IMG/VR virus record: IMGVR_UViG_3300032315_001715
Span: 248,001-312,000 of that record
Strand: one strand, 5' to 3'
DNA length: 64,000 bases
Positions 17,968-26,746 of this stretch are shown one piece after another. The translations under genes were made by a program, and so were the position numbers. The notes under the pieces were generated by a model. That model was given only the letters and a program-made list of their open reading frames with translations, was not told the DNA's origin and did not search any database. Numbering within the stretch: the first letter of the stretch is position 1; every line of letters starts with the position of its first letter.

Positions 17968-19133
17968 ACGGTGTTACCGGCCTTGGAGTCCAGCTCAACC
18001 CTAAGATGATGCACACTAACCACGTCTTTTACATTGATGGGTATCAACGTCCCGTCCCAATATTTTCCACCAGATGTGTAATATCTATCCCGTGTGTGCA
18101 GAGTTGCATCCAAATCATAGATCCCGGTTGCTAGTTCAGCTTCCTTAATCATCATGATGTTCTTGATTCCATCATTGCCAACATGAGGTAGGCCTATACT
18201 GCCATCTTTCAACCGTATTAGGCAAGTTTTGTCAACATAAGTGCGTTTCCACGGGTCGACATCATTGCTAGCGTTGATCAGGACAAGTCGCCAGCTCTGA
18301 TCTTTGATAGGATTTGCAACCGCTAGCAGGATATCTCGATACCCACTGTGGGATAGCACACAATCAGAATTTTGGATGGCTTCGTTGGCGATGATCTCTG
18401 CCTCAGCAACGGTAATCTCGGTACCACCAATCACTCTGCTGAGCTTAGGGCTGCCAAAAAAATGCAGCTCTCGACAAACGCCAGGAAGGTATGTCCGATC
18501 GGTTGTTGGCTTGAGTATCACATGCATCAGCTTGTTTGGACATTCAATCATGTTATCTTTTGATTTTGACGAGTCCCTGGATTTTTCCTGTAGAACATGC
18601 ATGCGGCCCAGGTACATGCCCTCGAACCCGTTTTGCAACACGATGTTATAGCCGATCTCAACATCCTTCCAGGATGCAGTGCTGGTGGCAATGCTGGTCA
18701 TTCTAACGGCTTCGATGTATTCCTCGCTTTCCACGGTGAGGAGAACGTTTTGTCCGCCCTGGCGTGCCCACACGCATTTGTCCAGGATCTCGCCCTTTTC
18801 CAGCGTGGTGTCGGCCAGCAGCATGCAGAGATTACCGCTGGAGATCTCCAGCTCAAATCCTCGCGGATCCTCGATGCGCCACTTGTCCTGTCCACCTTGC
18901 ATGCCGCGGCGGATATCGCCGCTCATCTTGAATCCTAGCATAGGCGTATTTTCAATCACTGAAGTTGGTAAGGATCCTTTTCGTGTGTTCGAGCACCAAG
19001 AATCCACGGTTGCCATGCGCTTCTGTGCGGCCTTGTCCTCGCCCCAGGGTGTGATGAATCCCAAGGGTATCTTGGATTCATTTCGAACCACCATGCCCAC
19101 GTAGTGCTTATTCGGTATGGTAACGCTTGACAT
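17952..19133 (-). CDS. Conserved phage hypothetical protein
   Basis: 393 aa ORF; WRIEDPRGFELEIS..NL motif. Confidence 0.7.
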   Translation of the reverse strand: MSSVTIPNKHYVGMVVRNESKIPLGFITPWGEDKAAQKRMATVDSWCSNTRKGSLPTSVIENTPMLGFKMSGDIRRGMQGGQDKWRIEDPRGFELEISSGNLCMLLADTTLEKGEILDKCVWARQGGQNVLLTVESEEYIEAVRMTSIATSTASWKDVEIGYNIVLQNGFEGMYLGRMHVLQEKSRDSSKSKDNMIECPNKLMHVILKPTTDRTYLPGVCRELHFFGSPKLSRVIGGTEITVAEAEIIANEAIQNSDCVLSHSGYRDILLAVANPIKDQSWRLVLINASNDVDPWKRTYVDKTCLIRLKDGSIGLPHVGNDGIKNIMMIKEAELATGIYDLDATLHTRDRYYTSGGKYWDGTLIPINVKDVVSVHHLRVELDSKAGNTVWGIV

Positions 19134-19384
19134 TATTCGTCATCTCCGTTGTCGCCGATCATCTGCAAAAGAAAGGCGTATTGTTGATCCAACTCTTCAA
19201 TCAATTCAAGATACGGTTTGGCTGCTGCCGAGGCAGCAGCCTTCTTTGCTTGATTCATCTCGGCAAGCAGCGCTTGCTTGTCATTCCACATGACCTTGAG
19301 GCTCTCGTTGGTGGCAATGGCCCTGGCTTCGCTGCCGCCAACCGCAGCAATGTTAGCACGGATCCTGTTTACTAGATCGGTCAT
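19133..19384 (-). CDS. Hypothetical coiled-coil protein
   Basis: ORF after a TTGACA-N17-TATCAT promoter. Confidence 0.65.
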   Translation of the reverse strand: MTDLVNRIRANIAAVGGSEARAIATNESLKVMWNDKQALLAEMNQAKKAAASAAAKPYLELIEELDQQYAFLLQMIGDNGDDE

Positions 19385-19414
19385 TATGCATGATACCTAT
19401 CATACTTGGCGGTG

Positions 19415-19843
19415 TCAAAATCTATGGAACAATTCTTTCCAGGCATGGCTGACTCCGCTGAAAAGAGGTTCAGGCAATGCGTGAAAATCACGAACAAACA
19501 TGATATCACTGGCCTTGTTGGGCTCCATGATCCTCGGGGTCTGCATGGTCCGTCCGTAACAATACAGGGTGATGTAGTGCTTGCCTGGGAAGAAATCCTC
19601 GGTAAAGATCCCGTCATTATTGCACCAATCAAGGGATACTCCGAGTTCTTCAAAAACCTCGCGCCGAGCACAGTCGAACACCAGTTCTCCAAACTCTAGA
19701 TGACCGCCTGGGAAGCTCCATTCGCCGGCACCATGGCTGCCCCGCCTCTTGAGCAATACCACGCTCTGTTGGCAAAGCACCATCACGCCGACACCGATCC
19801 GGGCCTGTGGCTGTTCAATCACTGGAAAACAACTTCCGTCCAT
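19415..19843 (-). CDS. Nudix hydrolase
   Basis: WSFPGGHLEFGE....CARREVFEELG Nudix box. Confidence 0.9.
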   Translation of the reverse strand: MDGSCFPVIEQPQARIGVGVMVLCQQSVVLLKRRGSHGAGEWSFPGGHLEFGELVFDCARREVFEELGVSLDWCNNDGIFTEDFFPGKHYITLYCYGRTMQTPRIMEPNKASDIMFVRDFHALPEPLFSGVSHAWKELFHRF

Positions 19844-20049
19844 TGGTTGAATTCCCCATGATCGGATGGAGATAACACGATTTCTCGTCCAAGATCCTGC
19901 TTGAGATTGTACGCGATTTCATCAGCAATTTGCTCACTCTTGACCATCAGTCGATCGTTGGACCAGACGATGTCGCCGGTGTTCCATTCTGACGTGTACC
20001 AACCACTCAATGAGCTTGAAATCTTGTCCTGTGCTCGCTTGGAAAGCAT
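19819..20049 (-). CDS. Hypothetical protein
   Basis: GAGGA Shine-Dalgarno; packed ORF. Confidence 0.55.
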   Translation of the reverse strand: MLSKRAQDKISSSLSGWYTSEWNTGDIVWSNDRLMVKSEQIADEIAYNLKQDLGREIVLSPSDHGEFNQWTEVVFQ

Positions 20050-20325
20050 TTAGTCCTCCTGATGCTTGTAATAGGCATCCATGATCATTTTCAATGCCTC
20101 CGGATGGTCCTCTCCCTGAACGGTTGAATCAATGTATTCTAGCTCGTCAATTTCACTGGGTTCGATGGCATTGAAGTTTTCAAACATAAACGACTCGGCT
20201 CCCATGCGTTCGACAAATGAGGTTAGCCACTTCATCATCTCAGGATCAATTTCCGGATTTTCCGGTTGATCCATGCGGATGTAGATGATCTTTGGGCGGA
20301 AATTCGAAGGATCTTCTGGTTCCAT
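20050..20325 (-). CDS. Hypothetical acidic protein
   Basis: AGGAG Shine-Dalgarno; TTGCAT-N17-TAAAGT promoter upstream. Confidence 0.6.
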   Translation of the reverse strand: MEPEDPSNFRPKIIYIRMDQPENPEIDPEMMKWLTSFVERMGAESFMFENFNAIEPSEIDELEYIDSTVQGEDHPEALKMIMDAYYKHQED

Positions 20326-20390
20326 GAATAGTTCTCCTATAGTTTACTTTAGCACACGACAAATGATCATGCAAGACCTTTGATCATCGA

Positions 20391-20861
20391 TCACGGCAAA
20401 GTGCCGTTAAGAGCGATGGCTGTCACGGCATTGAACGGACTACCGTTGATAAGCTTGGTACTCCATACCAGGTAAACCAGAACGTTTCTCTGAGAATCGA
20501 AGAATCGGGTGATCCTGGTTTCCTTGAAAAATACCGAGGTTCGTTCGGTGAATACCAGCTCACCGACCCGGCTTCGGTTGATGTTTCCTGTGATGCGTAT
20601 CGGTCCGGTAGCCCGGCATGCAATGCTAAATCGGCTTGGGTCCTCTGCCAAACCTACCATTCCTGCAAGCCCTCCGGCTTCTGCCCGGCTGAGATAGCAA
20701 CTCACTCCTTCGACCTTTGGATCGTCGAATCGCTCGACCACCACTTGATCGTTTGACCCTAGCATGCGCCAGGTGGTCGAGACCTCTCCGATCCTCTGCT
20801 GCGCCAGTGCAGGCAAGGCAATCAACGCCATGGCTGCCGCGGCTAAAATACGCTTGTTCAT
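20391..20861 (-). CDS. creA: CreA family periplasmic protein
   Basis: Signal peptide MNKRILAAAAMALIALPALA, then IGEVST..FDDPKVEGVSCYLSRA..GL.EDPS..SIACR..F.E.TSVFFK..RFFD..RNVLVYL. Confidence 0.85.
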   Translation of the reverse strand: MNKRILAAAAMALIALPALAQQRIGEVSTTWRMLGSNDQVVVERFDDPKVEGVSCYLSRAEAGGLAGMVGLAEDPSRFSIACRATGPIRITGNINRSRVGELVFTERTSVFFKETRITRFFDSQRNVLVYLVWSTKLINGSPFNAVTAIALNGTLP

Positions 20862-21052
20862 TTCTTCTCCAATGCTTCTCGAATGTTCTTCATGGCTAGA
20901 TCCAGCCGGCGACGTGGCTCGTATGTTTTGGCGTAGACGCTGTTCCAATAATAGCTTGAATCGCACGCGGCCAATTCACCTTCCGTGGCCGTTACGGCGG
21001 AGATGGCTAAATCGAGCTCGCGCATCAGTGCATTAACCTCAGCGTTGTCCAT
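20858..21052 (-). CDS. Hypothetical protein
   Basis: MDNAEV start; overlap-coupled to both neighbours. Confidence 0.5.
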   Translation of the reverse strand: MDNAEVNALMRELDLAISAVTATEGELAACDSSYYWNSVYAKTYEPRRRLDLAMKNIREALEKK

Positions 21053-22119
21053 CACAGCACCTTGACGATTATGCAGTTTTTGTTGAGCTTGCCATTGACC
21101 TCCCAGGTCTTGCCCTTGATGCCGCCGATCAATACCTCGAGCCGCTTGAGCGTGGTTGCTCGAATCCAATGCTGTAGATCGCTTTCGGGCTTGCGTATTG
21201 TTCGTCCGGTGCTGGTAGTTTCGTCAAAGTTAACGATACGAGCACCCTGGACGCTGAGCTTTGCTCCGGGTTTGGCCATGTAAACCTCGCAGTGTCGATT
21301 CTTGGTATTGAACACAACGGCTGCATCCGCACCAACGAGATTGGTTGGGTCAACGCTGTGGATGCCGAGATCGTCGTCCTCTTCCTTGTAGGACACCTTG
21401 CTAGCAGCTTTTTCACCCTTGCGATCCATGGTAGCTACCGTGCTGGTCAACCTACGTGCTTTTGCACCCTTTGCACCGGCACGGATGCTTGCCCGGTTGT
21501 TGAGCATGAGGTTAAGAGTCTCGGAGATGGTAGCCAGAGGCTTGATCCAGTCCTTGGTCGACTCCTCTTGCCGGGCCTCTAGGTATGCATCCTTGTAGTG
21601 TTCAACCAGTTGCTTGACAATGGCGGTCTTGGACTGCGAATAGGTTTGCACGATCTTGCGCACCTCACCTGCCAGTTCTCGCCGATCAAGTTTTCCGCGC
21701 AATACCAGGGTCTTGAGGTTGTCGATGCGACTATAGCAGTTTACATATGCCTTGATTGCCCTGGTTCGAACGGTCTCCGGGAGGTATTCCCACTCCGTTG
21801 ATGCACCAGCGTCCTTGGTATATGCTCGATCAAGTACCTCGTTGACCCGGTCGATGGACGTTAACGACAGTTTAGCACCCCTATTGAGGCAATATGCGAT
21901 CTTACCCTCAACACCGATCAAGTTGTTAGGGATCAGCGCAGCAGCCTCGGCTTTGCCCACGCTGCTTGCATATGTGATCAGCTCTTCCTTCAGCTGTGAA
22001 GCATCGATGGTTTGATGTATCAAATTGAGGATTGAAGCATACTCGGCAGCAAAGCTAGACGACGCATGGTCTAGCTTTGAGATTCGGTCGTCCATGTTTA
22101 ACGGTCCTGATTCGCTCAT
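21052..22119 (-). CDS. Conserved T4-like/jumbo phage hypothetical protein
   Basis: VVFNTKNR..VY..LSVQGARIVNFD..S..RTIRKPE C-terminal domain; promoter TTGACC-N16-TATGCT at 22126-22153. Confidence 0.7.
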   Translation of the reverse strand: MSESGPLNMDDRISKLDHASSSFAAEYASILNLIHQTIDASQLKEELITYASSVGKAEAAALIPNNLIGVEGKIAYCLNRGAKLSLTSIDRVNEVLDRAYTKDAGASTEWEYLPETVRTRAIKAYVNCYSRIDNLKTLVLRGKLDRRELAGEVRKIVQTYSQSKTAIVKQLVEHYKDAYLEARQEESTKDWIKPLATISETLNLMLNNRASIRAGAKGAKARRLTSTVATMDRKGEKAASKVSYKEEDDDLGIHSVDPTNLVGADAAVVFNTKNRHCEVYMAKPGAKLSVQGARIVNFDETTSTGRTIRKPESDLQHWIRATTLKRLEVLIGGIKGKTWEVNGKLNKNCIIVKVL

Positions 22120-22159
22120 AAACACAGCATAACACACCTTACGCTATGGTCAACCTAAA

Positions 22160-22342
22160 TTATCTGACGGCTGCATAACATAGCAGTGCAACAACCAACA
22201 GCGCTATCAACGGCAATCCAAAGACGGCAATCACAGAAAATGCCAGTAGCTTGAATAAGGTTCCAAATCCGATCAAAAGACCTAGAATTAAGCAAATCAG
22301 TAGAAATTTCATGCGTTCACAGTCCTTTATGTTGGCTATCAA
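22160..22342 (-). CDS. Small membrane protein
   Basis: Almost entirely hydrophobic. Confidence 0.5.
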   Translation of the reverse strand: MIANIKDCERMKFLLICLILGLLIGFGTLFKLLAFSVIAVFGLPLIALLVVALLCYAAVR

Positions 22343-22800
22343 AAATTGCCAGGAGCTACCTGGAGAACCCTGAGACCTCTGCTCCTGAACATATCTACGA
22401 CCCGCTGTCGATCATCCACTACCATGGTGGGATCGTAACCATCCTCCTGCATCTGATCAAGGATTTCGCCCTTGACGATGTCATCAGATCGGCTGTCTCG
22501 GCTCGGACGCATGTAGAGCTTTGAATAGAGGCCTTCGATTCCGGCCACATCACGTAACCAAGTTTCGGTGACTTCTCGATCGTCCTCACTTCTACCGCTG
22601 GCGATTAGGATAGTGCAACCAGCTGCGTGGAAGGTTCGTAACATCCACACGATGTCTGCGTGTGCAGTATCATGCTTCATGCCACGATTAAAGGCCGGCC
22701 AGTTCTTGGGCTTGCTGCGTACCCAGTGGGTCCTGTGCTCGCAGTTGGCTAGCGTGCCGTCGATGTCCCAGATTGTACAGATAGGCGTATTCCACATCAT
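22339..22800 (-). CDS. HAD phosphatase, Pnkp 3'-phosphatase-like
   Basis: WDIDGTLA, ASGR, LYMRP..D.RSD.IVK, VVDDRQRVVDMFR..G. Confidence 0.85.
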   Translation of the reverse strand: MMWNTPICTIWDIDGTLANCEHRTHWVRSKPKNWPAFNRGMKHDTAHADIVWMLRTFHAAGCTILIASGRSEDDREVTETWLRDVAGIEGLYSKLYMRPSRDSRSDDIVKGEILDQMQEDGYDPTMVVDDRQRVVDMFRSRGLRVLQVAPGNF

Positions 22801-22942
22801 ACAACTCTCTTTCTCATTTACAGACGTTCATTGGATTTTGTGTGCAGTATATCGTCGTTCATTTGCAGTGGATTATAACACACATACAAAACTCGCAATG
22901 TCATATCTTTCAAGTTTCAATTATTTCTTGTTATGAACGGAT

Positions 22943-23209
22943 TCAATTCTTATTGCGCGGCGGAGTTGTTAATTGATAAACTTTCGCCGAGTCCTCAAGC
23001 AGATCAATTTGCCGTTGCAGCTCGGTGACATCCTCTCGGTCGGCTAATCCTTGCTCTAGCTTTTTCTTGAAATATGCAATGTCGGCATCAATATCGATCT
23101 TGCCTTCGCCTTGCTTCTCGGTGATCATCTTCTTTTCTTGTTCTATCATGTCTTTCCCTTGTTTTATCGCCTGCCAGAATTTAAAATTACCGGTCATTTC
23201 TTCCTGCAA
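22943..23209 (-). CDS. Hypothetical coiled-coil protein
   Basis: 88 aa ORF. Confidence 0.5.
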   Translation of the reverse strand: MQEEMTGNFKFWQAIKQGKDMIEQEKKMITEKQGEGKIDIDADIAYFKKKLEQGLADREDVTELQRQIDLLEDSAKVYQLTTPPRNKN

Positions 23210-23356
23210 AACCTGATCAAATTCCCATAGACTTCCTAGATTTTTCTATCGCCGCATGACGAGCAGTAATCTCGCCATCGCTCGCCATCGCTCGTCATCG
23301 GTTGTATAGAATGCTACGGTCTTGCATGGCAAACAAACCGGAGGCCCTAGGCCCAT

Positions 23357-23767
23357 TTAGAGGTCGCCGTCCTTGCGGTTCTCGCTGCTATGCACATTGA
23401 ACGTGCCGCCCGGATAGCGGCTTTCCAGTTTGCGGACGTTTTCCTCGATGACGGCGTTTGGATCAACTCCAATGGCCCTGCAGGCGTTTACCCAATACCA
23501 AGCGATGTCACCCAGCTCACGGAAAAGATGGAACTTGGCGTCCTCGTTCCACGGCTTACCTTGGAAAACCATCTTCTTGATGATCTCGTCAAATTCACCG
23601 GCCTCCGATGCGAGACCAATACCTGCCGTCAGCAACAGGCTGACGTTTAGCTTGGGTTCCTGTGTGCTGAGGTCTCGCAGTCGATAGATCAGCTCGTTTA
23701 TGTCGTTGCTTGGCTGGCTGGTGACCTTTTCTACGAATTGCTCGTAAAGATTTAGATCCACGGTCAT
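23357..23767 (-). CDS. MazG-like nucleotide pyrophosphohydrolase
   Basis: GLASEAGEF.EIIKK..F.GK, ELGDIAWY, N..KL..RYP. Confidence 0.85.
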   Translation of the reverse strand: MTVDLNLYEQFVEKVTSQPSNDINELIYRLRDLSTQEPKLNVSLLLTAGIGLASEAGEFDEIIKKMVFQGKPWNEDAKFHLFRELGDIAWYWVNACRAIGVDPNAVIEENVRKLESRYPGGTFNVHSSENRKDGDL

Positions 23768-23835
23768 TGTTATCTCCTCAATGTGTATGTTGCCATAGCA
23801 TACCAAAGGAAGGTGAAGCACGCAATTTAATCATG

Positions 23836-23865
23836 ATAAACCCTGCCATGCCCGGCAGGGTTTAT
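23836..23865. terminator. 12-bp stem hairpin, terminator-like
   Basis: ATAAACCCTGCC-atgccc-GGCAGGGTTTAT. Confidence 0.6.
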
Positions 23866-23885
23866 GCTTCTCGTATCTTGGTAGT

Positions 23886-24059
23886 TTACTCGGCAGTTGG
23901 CAACCGGTGATTGTTGATCCAGTACTCATACGCACTGGTTGGGTCCTTCTTGTATTCGCTGCGGAAGAACTGCATGGTTCCCGCATCGTTGATGATGCCA
24001 GCATTTTTAGCATCTCGGATCGCTATGATCCAGTTAGTGATTGTTTCGATGATTCTCAT
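23886..24059 (-). CDS. Small hypothetical protein
   Basis: MRIIETIT start after a purine-rich RBS. Confidence 0.5.
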   Translation of the reverse strand: MRIIETITNWIIAIRDAKNAGIINDAGTMQFFRSEYKKDPTSAYEYWINNHRLPTAE

Positions 24060-24172
24060 TGTCTTTGGCCTTTCCGTTCTAGTCTGTGTTGTGCGCTGCA
24101 ACATACTTACCACGAAACAGAGAATTGCACAAGTGCGTTAGCTACGCTGTAGCCATGCGGTTAATACATAGC

Positions 24173-24415
24173 TTATCGACCGTGTTGCAATCGAAAGAAG
24201 GTTGCGTCCTCGATCGAAGAAAACAGAATGATAGCTTCGGTGGTTTGAGAATATGAATCCTGGGTCATTGTGATGGTGTAATCCTTGTAATCGCTTGAAA
24301 GTACCATTTCGATCATGGATATCCACGCCTCTCGATCCCTGCTTGGATAGAACGATGTTTTGCTTTGCTCCGGCTGGAATACTAAACTTACCGTTCTCAA
24401 CCTTAGATCATCCAC
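24173..24415 (-). CDS. Small hypothetical protein (F..xDA.xF.L family)
   Basis: C-terminal ILFSSIEDATFFRL. Confidence 0.55.
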   Translation of the reverse strand: MDDLRLRTVSLVFQPEQSKTSFYPSRDREAWISMIEMVLSSDYKDYTITMTQDSYSQTTEAIILFSSIEDATFFRLQHGR

Positions 24416-24420
24416 GACCC

Positions 24421-24696
24421 TTACATCTTACCTAGGAATTTCTTCGCGTATGCATCGGCATAGCTTTCAAGATTTTCTTCAAAATACTCAACCCCGCTTG
24501 GGCTGTGCAAGCTAGGCGCTTTAGCTATGGAATTAGCTATGATGTCAGGAAGCTGGCCCTCGATCATATCAAGAATGCGTTTTCTTTCGGACGGATCCAT
24601 GTCTCGGCTCCACCATGCTAGACGTTCGGCTACCATACCAGCTAATCTAACGGCTAGATCACCTAGCTGTGCATTAAAATCCCCGGGTGTTTGCAT
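24421..24696 (-). CDS. Hypothetical protein
   Basis: 91 aa ORF. Confidence 0.6.
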   Translation of the reverse strand: MQTPGDFNAQLGDLAVRLAGMVAERLAWWSRDMDPSERKRILDMIEGQLPDIIANSIAKAPSLHSPSGVEYFEENLESYADAYAKKFLGKM

Positions 24697-24797
24697 GTGT
24701 CAATACCTTATTGTAATTATTGATTCATGCTAGTAAGTATTATTTTGGAGATATTTTCAATAATCAGACGCTTAAAAAGCACCCGTCCGTTCAAATC

Positions 24798-25130
24798 TCA
24801 TCCATAACGGAGCTTAAATTCCACCAACCTGGGATCGTTCTCAGGTATTGAGAATCCAAAGCTGGGACTGTTTCGCGAAATGGCTTGCCAGTTTTCACCA
24901 ACATCGATCAACAGATCCCTGTTTGGATCTAGATGATATATCTGTGCTTGGTATCCTCGAGAAGCGATGAATGAGACAAACGCGGTTAGACCTTGACGAC
25001 CGACCGAAATGTATTGCATAGCCGATGCTTGATTTTGAAAATCAAATTCCTCGGTAAAATCTCGAACCATTTCCTTGACGAACTTGTCGGCTAGACCCTT
25101 TTGGGTCCGCCGACTGAGGTTGATCCGCAT
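24798..25130 (-). CDS. Hypothetical protein
   Basis: ORF after promoter TTGACG-N16-TATCAT (25166-25193); ends VEFKLRYG. Confidence 0.6.
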   Translation of the reverse strand: MRINLSRRTQKGLADKFVKEMVRDFTEEFDFQNQASAMQYISVGRQGLTAFVSFIASRGYQAQIYHLDPNRDLLIDVGENWQAISRNSPSFGFSIPENDPRLVEFKLRYG

Positions 25131-25209
25131 GTGTTATTTGTCCCTTATCATTGATTAATACACGAATGATAGTAGAATATGTCGGTACGTCAATCGGATA
25201 AATACTAAT

Positions 25210-25317
25210 GTGCGTTTGCCGCCGGAGTTCCCTTGGATGTTTTGTGCCATTGAACCAATCTTAGAATGATTCTAAAAACACATAATTCATCCAAGGGATC
25301 GAAATCAGACAGGGCGC
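25210..25317 (+). ncRNA. Candidate late-expressed structured small RNA
   Basis: Intergenic; TAAATA at 25199-25204; 11-bp stem TCCCTTGGATG/CATCCAAGGGA, inner palindrome TTAGAAT-G-ATTCTAA, closing GTGC-GTTTG/CAGAC-GCGC pairing. Confidence 0.4.
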
Positions 25318-25342
25318 TGGAAGATCTTTATGAGGCGTGGCG

Positions 25343-26617
25343 TCAAGCGGCCCCGACTTCGTTCACACCAACGCCTGTCGAATAATAAGCAAAGGCACCA
25401 AACGGAGGTTTCACCCGGGTCTTTGCACCCTCGGTGATCACCCATAGAGTATCGCAATAGTTGCTGGGACCCCAATCACCGCAGGGGAATCCGTCGGTGA
25501 ATACCATTGCTAGCTTGGGCTCGATCTGCTCATTCTTCCAGTGATTCCAGAAGCATCCAAAGTCCGTGCCACCACCGCCGCCGAGCTTGTACTTCAACAG
25601 ATCATCCATGGTATCCTTGGTAAAGGTACGATGATTGTAAACCTGTGTATCAAAGGTCAGCACACCAATCCTAAAATCAGAATACATGCCCATGATACCA
25701 TAGACCTCGCTGAGGAAATCCTTGCCCATGGCGTCGGAAATCGAACCACTCATGTCGATGGCAATTTCCAAATCAATGGTCTCATCCTTGTCAAGGGTAG
25801 GAAGGAAGATCCCGCTATACATGTGCTTGCGATTTGGGCGCATCCAGGTAAAGTCGTCGGTGATGCAGCTCTGGATGCTCTGCTTGAGCAGATCGCGCCA
25901 GTTGACCTTGGGCTCAACTAAATCATCGATCAATCGGCGGAGACTGGCCGGCATCTTGCCGGCAGCCGCGTTGGCAGCCTGCAGGACCTTGCCCTTCATC
26001 TCTTCTCGGATTTTCTTGAGATCCTCATCAGACACCTCGATTGGGATACCGTTCTTGGCGTTCTTTCCGCCAGATCCATCCTTGCCCATCTCAAGATGCA
26101 CGTCGAGGGTGAGTTCCTTCTTGACCTTGCGCTTTTCAAGATCGTCGTAAACGGACTCTGAGCTCCAGATCTTTGGCTTGGTATATCGCTCGTCGTATAG
26201 TCCAACTCGCTGGGTCTTGGTCTTGCGACCGCTTTCGTCGTTTTCCTCAACAGCAACACGCTCCTTGGGCATCTTGCCGATCTTGTCCTGCATCAGTGTG
26301 GCATTGATCACATAGTCATTGGCCATGTTCCACCAACCGGCGTCGCGATGGCTTCGACGACCAAAGTGGTCAAATGCAACGTGCAGGACCTCATGGCAAA
26401 GCACAAACTGGATCTCGTCGACGTCGAGCTTCTTGAAGAAATCCCGATTATAGTAGATGTAACGACCATCTACCGCTGCCGTTGGACACCATCCTGCATC
26501 AGTGGCATCTACCAACGGTAGATGCATGATCAAGGTACCAAAGAACGGCTGCCCAAATAGCAACTTGATTCGAGCTTGCTTGATTTTCGTTTCAACTGGA
26601 TCTCGCTTAGAGAGCAT
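25343..26617 (-). CDS. VWA-like domain / putative metallopeptidase (DUF2201-type), partner of the MoxR ATPase
   Basis: TAAVDGR, HEVLH zincin motif, IDMSGSIS MIDAS, GGGGTDF, FTDG. Confidence 0.85.
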   Translation of the reverse strand: MLSKRDPVETKIKQARIKLLFGQPFFGTLIMHLPLVDATDAGWCPTAAVDGRYIYYNRDFFKKLDVDEIQFVLCHEVLHVAFDHFGRRSHRDAGWWNMANDYVINATLMQDKIGKMPKERVAVEENDESGRKTKTQRVGLYDERYTKPKIWSSESVYDDLEKRKVKKELTLDVHLEMGKDGSGGKNAKNGIPIEVSDEDLKKIREEMKGKVLQAANAAAGKMPASLRRLIDDLVEPKVNWRDLLKQSIQSCITDDFTWMRPNRKHMYSGIFLPTLDKDETIDLEIAIDMSGSISDAMGKDFLSEVYGIMGMYSDFRIGVLTFDTQVYNHRTFTKDTMDDLLKYKLGGGGGTDFGCFWNHWKNEQIEPKLAMVFTDGFPCGDWGPSNYCDTLWVITEGAKTRVKPPFGAFAYYSTGVGVNEVGAA

Positions 26618-26645
26618 GATTACTGATCCTTCATATTATTGTTAG

Positions 26646-26673
26646 ATTATACCAAACGATTTAGATACGTCAA
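26646..26673 (-). promoter_or_regulatory. Sigma70-like promoter TTGACG-N16-TATAAT
   Basis: Between the ATPase terminator and the VWA gene. Confidence 0.75.
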
Positions 26674-26684
26674 TGCGATTGCCC

Positions 26685-26719
26685 AAAAAGGCGCTGGGAA
26701 AAAATCCCAGCGCCTTTTT
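26685..26719. terminator. Intrinsic terminator after the MoxR-like ATPase
   Basis: AAAAAGGCGCTGGGA-aaaaa-TCCCAGCGCCTTTTT. Confidence 0.85.
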
Positions 26720-26746
26720 CATCACATCAATCGCACGGTTCCCGCA

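Noticed and set aside
19406-19699. + strand 97-aa ORF
   Set aside because: Lies entirely antisense to the Nudix gene, with no RBS or recognisable motif; treated as a shadow ORF. The same applies to the many other antisense ORFs in the track, e.g. 13842..14510, 27218..27937, 33625..34251, 45242..45829.
23248-23356. 10-bp tandem repeat CTCGCCATCG x3 (23271-23300) and a 36-codon - strand ORF
   Set aside because: Too short and only three units; not a CRISPR array (no spacers) and no support for a protein.
25210-25317. Hammerhead or other known self-cleaving ribozyme
   Set aside because: A GAAA follows a stem, but the CUGANGA core is absent (CCGGAG). Kept only as an unclassified structured RNA candidate.
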